A stretch of DNA of 63,797 nt, the filler included, from Reticulomyxa filosa (taxonomy: Eukaryota; Protista; Foraminifera): the NCBI GenBank assembly GCA_000512085.1. It is 18 parts of 18 records of this genome, joined end to end, with 100 filler letters (N's around TTAATTAATTAA, not from the genome) between each part and the next. Parts side by side here need not be neighbours in the genome. Positions count along the whole stretch, not along the records: positions 35,073 to 37,183 come from ASPP01048423.1; positions 37,284 to 38,767 come from ASPP01019783.1; positions 38,868 to 43,840 come from ASPP01011906.1; positions 43,941 to 44,957 come from ASPP01037577.1; positions 45,058 to 52,699 come from ASPP01023064.1; 13 more parts are not named here. One strand, given 5' to 3'. The position numbers and the translations under genes are program-made. Under the pieces are notes generated by a model. That model saw nothing but the letters and a program-made list of their open reading frames with translations. It made no database searches and was not told where the DNA came from. This document shows, in pieces, positions 37,141-51,146 of this stretch (its first letter is position 1; every line of letters begins with the position of its first letter).

Positions 37141-38731
37141 TGTCCGTCTAAAAATATGCATGTATGAAAAAAAAAAAAAAAAANNNNNNNNNNNNNNNNN
37201 NNNNNNNNNNNNNNNNNNNNNNNNNNNTTAATTAATTAANNNNNNNNNNNNNNNNNNNNNNNNNNNNNNNNNNNNNNNNNNNNTTATCACTAAAAATGCT
37301 AATGTTTATGGATTAAAACTGCTTACTTTTGTACGGCGATTGGAATTTACCAAAAAATCTGGGTGCAGTGCACTTTTCGTGGCTGCAACTGTATGTTTGT
37401 TCTTTTAAAAAAAATCAACTTTTAGTTTTGTGATAATATCTTTTGCATCATATAATATTGTTTATTGGACAGAAAAAAACATATAATAATTTTTCAATAA
37501 AAGAAACACATTGTGGCATAACAAACAAGACTACTTCAAAACTGTGAGAGTTGTTCATTGTAAAATTGTTTGGAATATCAATGAAAGAAAAGTAGCCTGT
37601 CAAATGAAGATAACAGGTGATTGCAATACAAAGATTCGTCATATTTTTGATGCTTTTAATTTTTTTCAAAAATAAAGGAATACATAAAAAGATTACGATT
37701 TACTAGGTTTTGATATTGATTTATTAGTATTTTTCATCCTAATTTTCTTAAAGGTTGCTGTTGTATTGCAATCTCCTCCCAATTAGTTCAAACTTTTGAA
37801 AAGAGGTTAAAGGTTAAATCGAAGCTTAACAAGGGATTGACCGAAGCAGAAATTTCAACATACTATGATAATCTCTAATAAATCCGATTCCATAATTTTT
37901 TGACAATGAAGAAACTTTGGCCAAGTTCATTCAATGTCAAAAGAATCAACAAAAACTATTTCTCGAAGGTAGAAAGAGATAATTGATAACATGAACTTCC
38001 ATCAATTCTACATGTGATGCTATACTTTTTTCAATTACTCCTGATCTTTTTATCTATAGAAAGAAAGTAAAAGATAAATCTTTTCGTGTTCATGGTATTT
38101 GATCTTTTGCCACTATAAATAGACAAATAAAAGCGCGTTAAAGCTGCATATTTTCATAAAAGGACCAAATTGCTAACTTTCTCTTGTTGGTTATATTTTA
38201 TTAAATGACAAAAAAAAAAAGATATCACAAATGTAATGCACTAGTACTTAAGAATCACGTCAAGGTAAAGCGTAGCCAATTCAGTGCTGTGGAGATACCT
38301 ACCACAGCTGGTAAACAGCAATATTGACACTTTTTTTAATCAGTGACAAAAATATATTTTAAAAAAGCACTGAACAAAAAGATCACACAAAATAGTGAAG
38401 CAAACTGATTCCAAAGGATAAGCCAAACAAACAAAAGGGTCAGGAGAGAAAAGGAAGAAAAGAGAAGATATTCCAAATTCATAAGAACACCGCGAGTAGA
38501 TTCATCAACTGACAAAAAAAAAAAAAGAAGAAAAAACTTTTCTCTTTGTCGAATCAATAATAACAGAGGAAAAAGATGTACTTTTTTTTTAAGATCAAAC
38601 CAGTCTGCATCAAAACAAGAGAGAAGAAAATGAACAAGGAAAACAAAACAATTCAACACAAGCAAAATGAAAACAAAAAAACAAATCAGAAAAACAAAAA
38701 CAACTGAGCATCGTGACGAAGGGAAAAAAAA

Positions 38732-38763
<32 letters not shown>

Positions 38764-38927
38764 CAAANNNNNNNNNNNNNNNNNNNNNNNNNNNNNNNNN
38801 NNNNNNNNNNNTTAATTAATTAANNNNNNNNNNNNNNNNNNNNNNNNNNNNNNNNNNNNNNNNNNNNTTTTTTTTTTTTTTTTACACATTGTTTGGGTGG
38901 TACGAAAAAAAAAAAAAAAAAAAAAAG

Positions 38928-40898
38928 GTGTGGAGGTTTGTCACAATTACGAAAACGACTAATCGGAAAAAGACCGGATTGGGACGGATTAGTAATGTCA
39001 TGTGTAAATGACGCGAAATTGGGTCTGGACAAAAAAGTGTGGAAAAGGATGTTGTCAGTGCACGATATCAACGCCAGCGGTTGGAGTGAAGACCGCATTG
39101 GAATACAGCTCCTGAACTTGTGGAAGGAAAATGGACGGATATACAAGTGTCCAGGGCCTTATCCGCTGCCCGAAGAGCAGGGACTGTTCATGGACAGCAT
39201 CCCCCAGCAAGCGTGTCTGGCCATCAATAAGTATATTCACGCCGGCTTTTTCAAGCCCGTTTCCACCTCCATCATCCGTTCCGATCAAATAACTCGCTCC
39301 GGTCGAACAACCCGTTCTGATCAAATAACCCACTTCGATGATCAATTGCTCCATTCTGATGATCAATTGATCCATTCCGACAATCAATGGATGTATTCCG
39401 ATGATCAATTGATCCATTCCGACGATCAATTGGCCTATTCCGATCGATTCACTCTAACCCAGTCCGATCAAAGCTTCAGTCAAGTCCATTTCATAAAATT
39501 GCCACTCAACTCATTCGAACATATATAAATATGAATCTATGAATTTATAAATATAAAAAAAAAAAAAACGACAAAAAAGCAAGTGACTTGTTAGAGTCTT
39601 CCGACTTTGGCTACCCTTCTCTCGACACACGAAAACAGCAGACTACATCCTCCAAGACAGGCAGGGTGGTCTATCAGGTGTCTTATTACGATGCCAAACA
39701 GATGAAGGCGCTATATCAGGTATTCGCCAGTCGGATCGCAGAGGCGCCCAAAGTGGTCTTTGGAGACAATGACGTCGATAAATACAGACCACTGAATACA
39801 AAACGACAAAACAACGAAGGTGTTTATTTTTTTAAAAAAAAAAAACAGAGTTTGACAAATGATATATTCACATATCTTTATATATATACATACATATATA
39901 CATATATATTTGTATATTTAAATATTTATATATAATGTATGCATGTTTGCATGTATACGTACCAACGTACGTACGTACAAAGGCCAGGCTCAGGCTGTTG
40001 GTCCTTATGACCGACTCTTTGGGTATGGGATAACAACGGCGTTTTATGGCTATTTGGCACGCGGATTGATAGGACTGCGAGAGTATACGCAGCTGCTACA
40101 GCGCGAGTTTGAGCCCCTGAGACATCACTTGTCTCAAGGCCATGATGTAATCTTCCCATCGCCGTCGCATCGTGAGCTGTCATCTCCCCGTGGCCAACAG
40201 GTGTTCTTCGACCCCGTCACGAAACGTCAGATCATTTTTCATAGCTTGGGCACAGGCATTGCAAACTTGCCTTCGTCCCATCTGGTTGCCATCCAACAGT
40301 GCATCGACGCTTTAAAAAATGATGCCGCAGGTGAAGTATTGGTCCAAGTCTATGATGTCGATTCTCTTCACGTTAAATTTTTTTTTTTAAGTCCGAAAAT
40401 TATATATGCATATACATATATATATATGTGTGTTTGATATAAACAACACAGAAAAAAGACGTATCGGTGATTAAAACTTTCTCTCCCGACACACTTTTAA
40501 ATACTCCGAACAAACTTGCAAATGATAACAATACAACGGGCTTATTATATATGCCAAAGGGAGGGAGGGGAAACTATAGGCAATCATTTGAAAGCCCTCC
40601 GTCCTCGACATTGTACAGATATGACCACAACTTGAACAACAAACCCGTCCGATATCCTCAGTCTTACATGTTCAATGACACAATACGCAAACCTCGCCCT
40701 GTTGAAGTACAACGTGTCTCGTTTTTTTCCATTTTCGCTCGCTATTTTTTTCAAATATTCGGATTGGCTTGTATCCTCTTCTTTGGCTGGGCCTTTGTTC
40801 TCACTGCGCAAAACGCTTGGGGCATGGATGTTCAAAGTGCTCTGGCGTGGGCGGCTGTACTTTTTTTGATAGCTCTTGTAGCTTCGCAATTTCCTTGA
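38928..40898 (+). CDS. Multi-exon hypothetical protein with two C-terminal TM helices
   Basis: Four consecutive plus-strand GC-richer ORF blocks separated by TA/A-rich introns. Hydrophobic pair at the C-terminus. Confidence 0.6.
39280..39447 (+). repeat. Coding minisatellite: three 18-bp then five 21-bp units
   Basis: SDQITR SGRTTR SDQITH, then FDDQLLH SDDQLIH SDNQWMY SDDQLIH SDDQLAY. Confidence 0.8.
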
Positions 40899-41538
40899 CC
40901 TGTTGTCTCTTCTTCCAATCCGCTTCGATCTCGTTTTAACGAGAAAAAACGAAAAAACATGTGTCGTCACGCAATACATTTAGTCAATCGACGAATGCCA
41001 TTCAAAAGCTTTTTTTTTTGAGTAACTGTCAAAAAAAAAATAATAATAATAATGTTTGACGTCTTATAAAAAAAAAAAATGACATTTATCCATTTGTTTG
41101 TTTTACTTTTGCTTTGTTCACAGTGCTCTCTACACCGTGAGACAAACTCTTATTTATCAAAAATTAACCGATTTGTTTCGAAAACACCCGCTCATATTAT
41201 TTAATCAAGTGGGTTGCACTCGCCACTCGTTTGCACGCCTGGGTTCAGTTGTATGCAGTATGTAACGTCTGCAAGAACAAGTCAGAAAGGGGAGGGGAGA
41301 AGGGGGCGAAGGTTTTTATTCGAATTATTATATAATAATTTGTAAATTATCATGTTTTCTTTGAGAAGATTGGGCTGGAAACAGCTAGGAACACCTTTTA
41401 TTGCATTGGGCAGTATTTTGGCTTTTTCAGGTGCTTAGTGTTTTCGGTTAAATTAACTCTGGGTCTTGATTTTTCATAAATTTTTGTTCAAACTGTTAAT
41501 TAGCATCAACTGGAAAGTCGACCTCGATTTCAAATGCC

Positions 41539-42793
41539 ATGCTTAACAAAAAAGGAGGGAGTGAACAAGAGTCAACAAAAGCAAATGATCTTTTGATAAG
41601 CAAACAAATATCCGAGTTTGGGCTGCCAAACTTTTTCAAGCAAAAGTTGGGACGGACGTTTCCACAATTGAATGTTCACAATGACAATATTAAGCATTTT
41701 CACAATTCAAAACAAGCAAACGCAATGGCAGCTGCTGAAAAGGAGAAAAAAAAGTTGCAAATGGCGAAAGAGCCCACTGCGCAAGAGTTGGAAATGATTA
41801 GCACCTTTTTGGATCGTGCTGCATACAATGCAAATCCAAAAGTAGTTCTCAAGGACAAACGTGGAGAGTCTTGGTTATATCAGCCAGTATCTTCTGAAGA
41901 GATAACAGATGAAATGGTCGAACAATTGATGATTTTCTTGAGACATAATATTCAGTGGAATTTCAGGTTTTACATTGCATGCAAAAATTATATGTAATTA
42001 CATATATATATGTATATGTTTGTACACGATATACATATATATATGAAATATATTCCAAATGAATGCATGTTATGAAGTGTGCACTATTTTTTTTTTTTGC
42101 GTATGTCAATCAAGAGACAATAACCACGATGTAGCTTGGTATGTAGAGAGTCCTTGCACTTGCGATTACGAGTATGATGTGAATGATCCGCAGCCTTATC
42201 AGCACATGCCGCTGTGGCTGAAGTTATTTCGGCAACATTTGCTAAAGACACTCCATTTGCCTTTGGAGAGCCAACTGGCTCCAAACAGCTGTTTTATCAA
42301 TTGGTATAAAAATGGCAATGCTGGAATTGACGCGCATGCAGATGACGAAATATTGTTTGAGGCAGAGGAATATCCCTGCCTGATTATCTCATTTACTCTT
42401 GGAGCGGAAAGGTTGTTTCAGCTTTGGAACTTGAATGAAAATGAACCCGTGAATAAACGAAATCGACACACTACACTTTTGCGAGGTGATTTATGTTTGA
42501 GAAATATGGAGTATGTTACAATGCAAGGGATGTTTCAAAAGTATTTCAAACATAGTATACCAAGATACGATAAAGCTGCTTTAAATGAAGAGGCCATACA
42601 AAAAGTTACTCAAAAGCTTCGTGATGAAAATGCTCGCCTTCGCGCCATGGACGAAAAAGTCTTACGTGAGAAAGTACGTGAAGAGGTTGTTCAACACGTA
42701 GGGCCAAGAATCAACTTTACTTGGAGGTGGGTCACCCATCACTTAGAAGGTTGTCCCTTGCATCGCACCAACGCTAACGCTTCTTCTAACTGA
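41539..42793 (+). CDS. AlkB-family 2OG-Fe(II) dioxygenase (ALKBH2/3-like), intron 41967-42114
   Basis: PNSCFINWYKNGNAGIDAHADDE (HxD), IISFTLGAERLF, MQG..Q..FKHSIP (distal His) and RINFTWR. Confidence 0.9.
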
Positions 42794-43256
42794 TGTTTTT
42801 TATTAAAGTAATATTGTTATTTTTTTTATTTTTTTTTTGCTTTTTAGATCTTTGCTATGGAGGAACATTGTTGATTGAAAGCTCTTTTCATTTACTATTG
42901 AAAAATCGGACAAAAAATAAAATTTAAAGACTTATATTATCTGCAATGAAACTTATGTGACATGCTCATTTTTGTCACGCACGAGGCAAGTATTTAGTTT
43001 GGTCTCTTATTCATTTTGTTTTTTTTTTTAGTCTTGCAAATAATTGTTTAAAATTGAATTTTTTTTGCATTATTCTAAAAGTAATCGTGGAATGTGCAAT
43101 TTCTGGAGCCAAACGCATGATGACAAAAAAATAATTACTACAATTTATTGCAAACTCGAAATATTAAGGAAGACGTATTTCAAGGGAAGGTTTTTATATT
43201 TCTTTTTTATCGTTTTCGTCATAACATAAACTGCAAACAACAACTCAATATTAACA

Positions 43257-43780
43257 CTATGCGTTTTTCACATTGGTTTTGGACATTTGTTGAAGATAGA
43301 ACATGGCTTGTTGAAACAATGTGTATGAATAAGCATGAGAGCCACTTGATGGAGGTTCACTAACACCTTCGATCAAAGCTAATGAGGAAGCTAAATATTT
43401 TGGCTTCGTTTTTATGATGACATGCAACAAAGCCGGAAACAAATCATCTGCACTGACCAAAGAATTTTCATTGTCGTCATCATCGAGATTGTCATTATTG
43501 GAGACTTTGGGCTTGAAGGGACGGTCTGTGTTTTTTTTTTCTTGTTTGCTAGTTGTTGTTTCCATTGAAAGTGGAATGACATATGTTGTGACAGCAATTG
43601 CATTGCTTCGTGAAGACATTGCATTTTAGTGGCAGGACTGCTATGATATTCCAAAGTGTCCAAATGTTTGCCAACCCAGTCCCACATATCGTCGTTCACA
43701 TTGAGCTCTTTGTTGAGGCCAAAGTCTTTGTGTGAGTCGGTTCGAGCTTCCAAAGCTCGCAACTATTTGCAAGACAGAGC
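43257..43780 (-). CDS. VPS9-domain (Rab5 GEF) protein, last exon, frameshift near the T run at about 43535
   Basis: SPATKMQCLHEAMQLL followed by VSADDLFPALLHVIIK..LASSLALI..GSHAYSYTLFQQAMFYL. Confidence 0.8.
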
Positions 43781-46700
43781 GATGAAAAAAATGTTAGAGT
43801 TATTCAAAACAAATGAATACACACACACACACACACACACNNNNNNNNNNNNNNNNNNNNNNNNNNNNNNNNNNNNNNNNNNNNTTAATTAATTAANNNN
43901 NNNNNNNNNNNNNNNNNNNNNNNNNNNNNNNNNNNNNNNNAATTAAAATATACCACCATGTTGTTTTATGAATAATTTTTGTTTGTTTTTCTAAATGTTA
44001 CTTTCATTATAAATCATTTTGAAGTCCAATATTCAAATATATTTATTCTAATTGTTTTATCTGCTAAATGAATACAATCAATAAATGCATTAAATCCCTT
44101 TAATACTGTTTTTTCTTGAATATGGATAATTTTAGGCCTTTTGGTGAAAATTGTATTTGTTATATTCTGATTATAATGAAATTATATATTTCAAAATCAA
44201 ATAAATAATAAAAATTTTATAATAATCTTTTGGTTGATGTGCAACTAAACATATAAAAAAAAGCATCTGCAAATGCATATGAGATTGTAATTAAAAAGTT
44301 GTATATCATTTGGTGGTATAAATTCATTTCAATCCATTTTCTAAATCGATAATCAATCTTATCTTTCTGTCAAAACCAAAAAAATGACAAATATTTAGAA
44401 CATTCGTTCACATTTATTTGAGTACATGCTCTTTCTCTATCAAAAATTCAGGCTAGTATCGTGCATAACATTAACTTGGTCACATTCCGATTATTATCTG
44501 TTGTTTATATTTTCTTGTCTTGTTTGTGATACAATATAAAATGATATTTAAAGTTGATGCAAATATCAATCCAAATTTTTTCATTGTTTGCAAAAAAAAA
44601 AAATGTTACAATTCAAACAAATCATTTCTATCAAACTCAAATAAAGCATTCATTAATTGAATTCAAAGGTATATAAAAGTGTGTTTATTTAAAAACAATC
44701 AGTTTGTTAAAATGAAAAGGGTAAATTTGATTGCATTGATATAGTAAATAATTTGAAGTTAATGATAGTTGTGTGATATAATATAATTTGGATCGTTGAA
44801 TAATAGATTATTTGTAGATGATAAATATGACAATGAATGAAACTATTATTTAAAGATATCTTTGAAAAAATCAAATTTTACGTTCTTCAAAAGAAACAAC
44901 AAAATGATGCAATGTTATTGCCAATGGATTATCAATTTTGTTAAGCATAAAGATAATNNNNNNNNNNNNNNNNNNNNNNNNNNNNNNNNNNNNNNNNNNN
45001 NTTAATTAATTAANNNNNNNNNNNNNNNNNNNNNNNNNNNNNNNNNNNNNNNNNNNNGGTGAGTACATTGGAGAAACCTATTATCACGAAAGGAAACTAT
45101 CGGTTTGGTTGGACATAATGGCCAGTGCGGAGAAGTCATGGATCTGAAAATCTTGAATACGACCTTCCAATTGAAACGATTCAAACCCAACGATTGCGTA
45201 ATTTTCTCCAATGGAGGGGACAGGTTTCATCAAATCATGATTGTCCTCCTTTTGCTGAGCGAAGTTATTGTAATTGGATTAAGTTTTTTTTTAGAAACAA
45301 TTTTTTCTAATATGTAATGCTGTGTGTCCTTTTTTTTATAGACGTATAAACTCATGGTCCTCATGATGTCGTATACAATAAATAACGATACTTTCAGGTG
45401 TTTTTTTTTCCTTGAATCAATTGATAATGACTTGCTTTGGATGCAAAATGTAGGTCCCAATCAAGTGGTATTTTCGCCAAACGAAATTCAATTGTTACGA
45501 TTCAATTGATCCCGGAAGTTGAAACCAAGCAACAGACGACAGCAACAGCGAAAGTGAAGAAACAAATACTGCATTGTATAACGAGTATACTGAAAAAAAA
45601 GGGGGTTAATCTGATTTTTTTTTTTTAAACGGTGTGCAATGATAGAATTTGAAATTTGAAAAAATAGACAATATGATACCTAAAGGTGCCGATGGGCAGT
45701 ACAATCAAATGAGAAGCTTCATGTGCAGGTTTGCTATTGTCTGTCGGTTGCTGTTGAGATAAATGAACAAAACAGAAATTCAATATTTATGCTATCTTTA
45801 TTTTTTAAAAAACAGACCTAGACGGCAGTATACTTATGCGGGAATATGGAATCAAAAAGCCAACCGACGAAGACGACGTTCCAACACTGTATTTTGGAGG
45901 TCGAGTGAACACCATTGACATATAAAATGCATTGAAGGGTTGGCGAAGGAGAAATATATGCCATCGATGTCGACATATGGATTGGAGAGGCAAAACGCTG
46001 AAGTGGAAAGAATAATGCCGCTGACATAGCATAACTAACTCACGCTTCAACATTACAGCTAATTTGCTGCCCGAGTTCGACCAAGACAACAGCGCAGCCC
46101 GAAAGAGCATCAAAATAGATATAATCGAAGAAAATAACAATAATGATTTCGAATTGGATGAAACTGTGGAATTGACCAATGATATTGTGGTCACGATCCA
46201 TTTCATTGGTGTCATACTTGCAAGCCTTCAATTTCGTGTAGCTGTCTTTTTTTGCGATGGTCTTCATTGAGTCCTGATCACAAAAACAAGTCAGTTATAA
46301 ATAATAATAACAAGTATACGTATAAACATGTAAATATATATTTGTTTGTTTGTTTATTATCACAAACAAGAAATAACACAAAACACAATTAGATGCTTCA
46401 ATTGTTCAATGAAACGAATAACACCAATATCGCAACGTAGCAACGGAATTTCATCTTCGACTTTGAAATGAGGCGAGTCGTCTTGAGTCAGCTTCGTCAT
46501 CCAGTTTGGTGGTTTCTTGTTGACAATTGCAGCGCAGATCACAAGTTTTCGACGAAATTGGGCAGTCAAGTGAAATAACAGATCTCACATATAATCAAAA
46601 ATAAGTAACGCCATTGATACTACAGGCAGTTGCATTGTGATTCTGCCGATTTGGCTAGACTCCAATAAACACATCTCTGGAAAAGCAACTGGTCCAATGA

Positions 46701-47089
46701 AACAATCCGGTCTTTGCACTGGCTGTTTGCACTCACGATCACCAATTTCATGGATCGTCGACAACGACTATGCGATCTTTTTTTCTTCAAATTGGCGCAT
46801 CACTACGGAGATACTTTCTGGTCGAATAAAGAATCTGCGACTTTACCATTGTAAAGTATCCTCTTGTTCAAAGCGCTGCGTACGCATTGCAATGCCAATT
46901 GTCCAATCCACACAGTCGCTGTTGTGCCATTTGGACCCCACTAATCGATGACAAACAAGAAATTTCTTGTTGTCCACACAAATATTTCAAGGTCGTCAAG
47001 CTGACCGCGCAACAAACAAAACATTGATAATGTCGTCTCCTTGTCGAGAACGACATCTTATTTGAACAGTGCGCTCATGCGCATATAAA

Positions 47090-47570
47090 CTTTTTTTAAT
47101 TTTTCCTACCTTTTTTTTTTCTCGTTTTTCTTTTTTTCTCTTTTTTATATCTTTTTGCTCTTTTTTTTGACTTTTCCTCTTTTTTTTTTTCTTTTTTTCT
47201 TACTCTTTTTTCTAATTAATTTATTTTTCATTTTTCCATTTTTTTCACATACATTTTTTTCCCAATCCCTTTCTTTCAATTCTTTTTTTCCATTTTATTT
47301 TATTTTCCTCCCAAATGTTCCCTATTACCCACTTCTATCAAACAGAAATAATAATAAAAAATAATAACTATCTATCCTTTTGTGCTCTTGAACACTATAC
47401 TCAATCACAAATTGAAATATTTTTTATTTTAAAAAACAAACAACATACATTTGACGTGGAGCTGACTCAATTCCAATCTAACACTATTTTTTTTTCTTTG
47501 TTACAAGGAGATGGGCAAATATAATTTTTGTTGATGGGGGCATGCCTATTGACAACAAACAAACATTTGA
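47090..47570 (-). repeat. Dispersed repeat, copy A (homologous to 54956-55620)
   Basis: The reverse complement AATAGGCATGCCCCCATCAACAAAAATTATATTTGCCCATCTCC..CAGCTC..GTATGTT.. aligns with the start of contig 54956; both continue into a long purine-rich tract. Confidence 0.7.
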
Positions 47571-48839
47571 TAAAAAATAAAAATAAAAAAATAAAAGATA
47601 CAAACCATTTCGTTTTTTTTGCAACGTGGGGTGGCTTCAACCCCAAAATTTATCTTTGCTGGGAGTTAGAAGTGTCACGTATACTTTTTTTTTTTTGAAC
47701 AGACGGGTTGCGGCTGTTAATAAAAAAAACCAGCGTTAATTATATCAAAAAAAATGCATAAATATATAACAAACCATTTGTACTCCTTGCGGAGACGGGG
47801 GGCCTTACCCCATATTATTTTTTTTTCTCTTGATGAAGGATGAACAGCATCCAAACAAAAATGACTTTTTTTTTTCAGATTGTGCGGTCTGTTAAAAAAA
47901 ACAAAACAAAATCACGTTTAAGAAAAATAATTTTAAAAAGAAAAAAGACGTACCAGTGTTTTGCGAAGAGGGCGAATATACACTAGTTACGAATTGGTGC
48001 TAGAAGAGACAACCAAAGGAAAAAAAAAACACTTTTTTTTCTTAAGTAAGACACAAATGCACAACTCATAAATGTTTATAAAAAAGATGCAAATTTGCAA
48101 TTTTTTTGAATGTTTTCACATTTTTGACAAAAAACTTAAAAAAAATAATTATCCAAATTTTTGAATATTATTTCACTTTTGATTTGTGCTTCAAAAACAG
48201 ATAATTGAAAATTAAATTTTCTTTTGGTAAATCCTTAGTTTTTGAGTAATGATTTTCTCTTCCAGAAAAAGTTCTCTTAAACATTACGAATGTAGTTTGG
48301 CTCTTCTATCTTCAAACAACCAAACAGTCCAAGTATATAACATGGAGCTCGCTTTCGAGGATTCCTTCTCCAATGCACTCTGCAAAAATTTACCGAAAAA
48401 AATAACAGAGTCAATGTACAAATACAAAGAATGTTCAGTATTATTTGCGTTGGATTAGTGAATATGATTTATTTGAACACACACATCGCATTTATGAACT
48501 ACATTTCAAAATTTGAGCGTCGGCCACGTTGAGTCAAATATACCAATCCATGTGCATGTCGTCGACCGCATTTAGCGTGATCAATGGCCACTGTGGAGAG
48601 AAACTAAAAAAGAAATACTCCAGATAAACATATAAAAAACGAATGACCCGAATAGACGGCAATGGAGAATCAAGAGAAAAATATGGATTGAGTTGTTTGT
48701 GACTGAAGCACACACTTTGAATGGTATTGATGCACTTGGCAAAGACAGTACAAAAAAAATAAAGTGGCACAGCTGTCGATAGAACATATTGAAAAGAAAT
48801 CAAAAAGCTTGCCACCACAACAATACGAATAATATGAAT

Positions 48840-49225
48840 GGTCTCTCTTCCTCCTTTTCATCACAGTATTCACATGGAACTTTGGTCAATGTGTTGAAAC
48901 ACTGGGTCATTCCAAATAAATTAGTTTTGAAAGTTTGGAGTCTATGTTTAAATATATGTGTTTGGTTCATATTCCTGATTTATGCATCGTTTATTTGTTG
49001 GTGAAAAAATTTATAGATACAAGTGCCTCTGGAAAAATATCGATCACTGGGAAGAATTGATTATATATGAATACGAGGAAACAGTGGAGGTAAATAAATC
49101 TCAGTGAGTGAATGTACATTTGTCTGAAAACAATAACAAGTATTAAGACAATGCATTGACGTTAGGGGCAGCAGGCGCAAATGTTGCCTCCACACATGAA
49201 TGTATTCAATTTCACAATGACACTC
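48840..49225 (+). repeat. Diverged local duplication, partner at 51185-51465
   Basis: Shared blocks such as GTATTCAC.TG.AACTTTG.TCAATGTGTTGAAA, CATTTGTCTGAA..CAATAACAAGTAT.AAGACAA and GCAGCAG..CAAATGTTG.CTCC. Confidence 0.75.
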
Positions 49226-49552
49226 GAATTAATCCATCGTATAGACCATCAAGCGAGCAGATTGACGGTGTTTGGTAAATCTTAACACAATAATCTCACG
49301 CGTATGGAGTGTCTTATTCTATGTCATGGCCCCTTCACATCATTTCAATACACCGCAAAATGATTACAGTTTGATACAACTAAGCGCTTCTCACTAACAA
49401 CGTGTCTCAATTACATTATTGATGATGATGATTTCGATAAATTGCTCATTGAATTATGCCAATATTGGTCAGTGGTGCATAATATATTTTTTTTATACAT
49501 TTCTTCATTGTGATCATACATAACACTAAAATCTGTTAACATTGAGCATGTA

Positions 49553-51146
49553 TTGCAAGTAGGGGGGGAAAACAAAAAAAAGGTTTGTAAAAATCAAGAA
49601 ATAATGTCGTGGCTTCCGAATGATGAAACAAGTGCTTATTCTGATCTCAAGCGTACCGAAAATATATATCACTCGACACTAAGAAGAAAAGAAATCGGTT
49701 TTCAAGATTGGAGTGTTTTGAAATCGATTGGCGAAATATGTCAATCAAATGAAGACGGCATTGTTACAAAGAGACACCACGAACCGGCCTCTGCACATAT
49801 CCTTCCAAAAAAATTTCCTCAACATGAAAGATCAAAATGGCAACAAGCCATGACTCTCTTTGGCGCTAAAGTAGTTGTTTGTCACAAGGGAGACAATTAT
49901 CAAACGACAACCACAATGAAAAGTATTTTTGAAGTGGGCAGCTATGTCTTGCTTAAAGACAAAACCAAGGTCAGTCTCAGCTTTTTCTTTTCATACAAGT
50001 ATTTTATCAGCTTTAAGCGTTCTACATTTGAATATATCCAAAATATATGTGCATATATATATATGTACATGTATATTTAGATATATACCTCCATATTAGA
50101 CAACCCAACATGTTAGATACGCTAATTATAGGATTGGAGCCACTTGAGCCTATTGCAAATGAAGGCGGTGGAAGATTTAGAGGTCAAAGGTACAAACACT
50201 GAAAAATTTTTGTTTTGAAAAGAAGAGAAGAGAAATGTGAACATATGGTGTATTGACAAAACAACCTTATTTGATGACTGAATGAAAAAAAAAAAAAAAA
50301 ACTTTGAATGCAAACATCAACGATATGAACTCGGCATGGAACTCAGCGAATGGGACGAAAATGCGAAAGATGGGTCGAAAAATGAAAAGCGGTATTTGAA
50401 CTGCAAAACCGACGAATGATCATGTTAAAATAGCTGCAGGTTTATTTTAATAATAATGTATCATTTATCATTTATAATTTATAATTTTATTTTGTTTATT
50501 CAAATGAACAAATGACATAAAAAATGTACACATATATATATGTATATATTATATATATGTATATATTATGTATATATTAAGGAATCAATGGCGATGAAAG
50601 CAACGAAATCGATTTGGATAAAGCACTCGCTCAAGGTCATGATGGCAAAGGCAAGTTTTCGACGAAACATGGCTGACAACGAAAGATATGTACAAAATGT
50701 TCTCGCAATTGTCCAAACTGAACTTGTATGCAGTGATGCAGTTAAATCGGACAAGTAGGATACCAATGCTACGGCCAACACATTCACCGAGATGTATTTA
50801 TCCACCGATCTTTAACGGCGATTTGAATCAAGGCGAGCTTGTAAAGACCAAATACTGCAGCATTGACAAGGTGATGTTACTTCTTACTTTAGGACGCATC
50901 TACGTTGAGACTTTTTCGCGCTGCCAAAGCACTTTATCGAAAGCTTGGGGTTCGATCATCAACGAGTCATTCAACATGGTGCCACAGAGCAATAGCATCA
51001 AGCACCACCTCCACTTGAACATCGGAGATCGCATCCTGTTGGTAGAAGAAGGCATCGGCATTGTCAAATATATTGGCACGGAGACCAGGCAACATTCAAG
51101 TGACCCCCCTCGCTGGAGTGACACAGCTGTCAAGAGGACAGATTGA
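49553..51146 (+). pseudogene. Degenerate CAP-Gly-domain gene
   Basis: FEVGSYVLLKD, IIGLE..EPIANEGGGRFRG, LGMELSEWDENAKDGSKNEKRYLNCK and LNIGDRILLVEEGIGIVKYIG, interrupted by stops and introns. Confidence 0.6.
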
